Below, one piece after another: positions 61,623 to 64,000 of a stretch of DNA of 64,000 bases; within the stretch, counting starts at the first letter, position 1, and every line of letters begins with the position of its first letter. Origin of the DNA: Aplysia californica. Its lineage: Eukaryota. The DNA lies in NCBI RefSeq assembly GCF_000002075.1, contig NW_004797271.1, positions 879,204 through 943,203 on the forward strand, in the 5' to 3' direction. The position numbers and the translations under genes are program-made. Under the pieces are notes generated by a model that was not told the origin of the DNA, searched no databases, and saw only the letters and a list, made by a program, of their open reading frames with translations.

Positions 61623-63960
61623 CTACTGGTAGTACAGCTCCAAGTTCATCCCATCGTGGATTTCATCTGAGGAGGCAGTCAAGGAAGAAACAGAGGAAGG
61701 CTACAGGACCAAATTTGGAAAAATTGTCTTTAATTCTCTCATTGGCCAACGTCGTTACCCACAACGCAAAAGCCCACGAATTTTTTTGACATGTCAAACT
61801 AATGTTGGCCTTACTCCTGGCTTTGGCACAGCTAATGGGTTTTTAAAAAATTTAAGCAATGGCAAAGTGGCGCTGAGTGAATATATATATGGGCTCTATG
61901 CACAGCGAGTGTTAAAGTTAGACAGCAGCATGTGAAGTAAACTGTCACTGTCAGGGTCTGACTTAACCCTGAGATATAGCAGTCAATCACACTGCGGTAC
62001 AACACCGTAATCACACCTGCATTATAGCACAGCAATCACACCTGTGATCTAGCATCACAATAACACCTACAATACAGCCTTACAATAACAGCTGCGATAT
62101 AGCATCGTAATCACACCTGTGTTATAGCATCCCACCAATCACACCTGTGATAAAGCATCCTGATCACACCTGCGATATAGCATTGTGATCACACCTGCAA
62201 TACAGCATCACAATGACATCTGCAATACAGCATAGCAAACACACTTGCAATACAGCTGTATAAAAAAACCCCAACTCCCATCTTTTACTCCTTAAAATTT
62301 TAAAGTCATGATATATATCAAGGTCAACCAGCTTCATTTCAATATGTTATAAAGTAAAGGATACAATCCCCGATTGTCACATGATCCTTGAAGATAGTGT
62401 ACCTGAAAAATACACAAGGCAATGTGTCTGAATAATACACAAAACAATGTATTTGAAAAATATGCAAGACAATGACACAAGACAGGTCACAATAAGCCTG
62501 AAAAGTACACAAGATAATCCTACCTGAAAAATACACAAGACAATGTACCTGACAAAACCTAAAGATGGTGCACCTGAAAAATACAGTCCTTTAAAAAAGC
62601 CTTGAAGTTATGAGCCAATAACAGAAAGGTGAAAACACTGCACAACACGATTAAAAAAATATCTCCATTACTATTTCTAAGTATGTAAAGAGTCAATACT
62701 GAGTAAGACAATCATCCATACAAACGGTCACTTCCCATTTCCCCCCTTGCATTTTTTTCTATATATATTATAATAATAATGCCGTCTAAAATGTCCACCT
62801 GTCTAAGACAAGACAACCACTTCTCTCCTCAAAAATGGGTGGACATCTCGGGACAGTTTCAACTGACTAACAAAAAATGGTAATGCCTCCCCCCAAAAAA
62901 ACCCCAAAACAAAACAGCGTCTCCATTTTGAGAGCCAAGATCTGTATTTAGATACTGATCAAATCAGGCTCATCATTGGACAAATTTATTTTGATTTTGA
63001 ATACAGAGAAATTTGACTACTAAATGAAGACAGGTGGACAGACAGAAATAATACTGAGAAAAAAATTATCATAGATGCAGGACCCAACCACCCATATTCA
63101 AAACAAACATGAAGAAGTATGTTATGAAGTGTAACCATTCCGAAAATCAGAAGGAATCAAAGTTACTCAAGATATTACTTTTTTACTATTAGTGTCTTTT
63201 AAAAATACATATTTAGTCTAATTTCACCTCTGTAGATTCACTTGAGGGGATGGAAGTGAGATTGAAAGGTCAGTGAAAGCAAACTCAAAGAAAATGTCCC
63301 GAAGTATTGTTGGTCCTTTTCTTTAATCGAAGAAGAAACAGAAAGTCTTACCATTTTTTCAGAACAATCTTGTCCGACCTTGTGCCTGTTTGCGCAGCAA
63401 TCAATTTCTTGAGATCTCCGATCGTGTCATCTTCACTTTGACAAGTCAAGGAAAAGGATAAGATTTTTCAGCCTAAGCTCATTCCTATCTGTCTTTATTT
63501 GTAAACAAAACTAACACAAGAAAGACTTGGCAAAACAAAAATGCCTCAAAGGGAATAAGTCACACACTCCACAATGAGCACATTCTTAGTTTCTTAGCTC
63601 TATTGGGAAATTATCAAGAGGAAACAAGGGGGGCAACCTGAGACAAACCACAGTAAAACAACGAAAGGGCGGTGATGTGCTATCTTGAAGCATTTAAGAT
63701 TTGAAAATTTGCACCGCGTGAGGGTTGCTAGTGAAGATTTAGATGACATAACGTTCAACATTCTTTCTTGGTAAAAAAAATAGGAGAATTTTAGCTAATC
63801 AATAGTTCACTTTCAAGACAAAGAAGAAAAAAATAGGGGATTATGTGTTCTTTCAGATTACCTGTTTTCAGTTTTCAGTTTAAGCGGAGTCTACAAAAGG
63901 ATACTTGCACTTGACTCTGACTTTTTTGCCCAGCCGATCGTTGCACGTGATTTCTAACAT
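61623..63960 (-). CDS. UBL5: Ubiquitin-like protein 5 / Hub1, complete 73 aa CDS; exons 63960-63905, 63435-63352, 62402-62365, 61666-61623
   Basis: Spliced 222 nt gives [73 protein letters not shown], with the characteristic C-terminal YYQ. Largely missed by the ORF track because the exons are tiny. Confidence 0.97.
61667..62364 (-). other. U12-type (minor spliceosome) GT-AG intron, third coding intron of UBL5
   Basis: 5'SS GTATCCTTTA; branch TTCCTTGAC (61678-61686) ending 11 nt before the exon. Confidence 0.92.
61985..62255. repeat. ~24-bp minisatellite inside the UBL5 U12 intron
   Basis: AATCACACCTGYRATAYAGCATC units, about 11 copies. Confidence 0.88.
63436..63904 (-). other. U12-type (minor spliceosome) GT-AG intron, first coding intron of UBL5
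   Basis: 5'SS GTATCCTTTT; branch TTCCTTGAC (63445-63453) ending 9 nt before the exon; no long polypyrimidine tract. Confidence 0.92.
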
Positions 63961-64000
63961 GCTGAAAATTAACAGTTGTTGATCCAAACCTGTATTGGAA

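Overview
Eukaryotic (animal) genomic DNA, AT-rich and rich in microsatellites and MITEs, with several N gaps. The style suggests a marine invertebrate, probably a mollusc; this is inference only. Four spliced protein-coding genes were reconstructed by hand from splice sites and reading phase: (1) the 3' four coding exons of PTGES2 (+); (2) an ANKRD45-like ankyrin-repeat gene (-); (3) KLHL20/diablo (+), head-to-head with ANKRD45 as in vertebrates; (4) the complete UBL5/Hub1 CDS (-), which carries two U12-type minor introns. Introns and intergenic DNA hold many, often nested, transposons: a 5.2 kb intron-containing hAT-related element with a 7-bp TSD (hATw-like), two inverted ~1 kb non-autonomous elements also with 7-bp TSDs, a decayed piggyBac, a Chapaev-like element with a RAG1-N-terminal-like zinc domain, Tc1/mariner and Harbinger MITEs, SINEs and an RTE LINE fragment. 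The most unusual pattern is that about ten exon boundaries across all four genes are flanked by decaying tandem copies of the splice junction itself, forming decoy donors and acceptors. Also notable: the sense-oriented transposase acceptor inside KLHL20 is in frame with the upstream KLHL20 exon.
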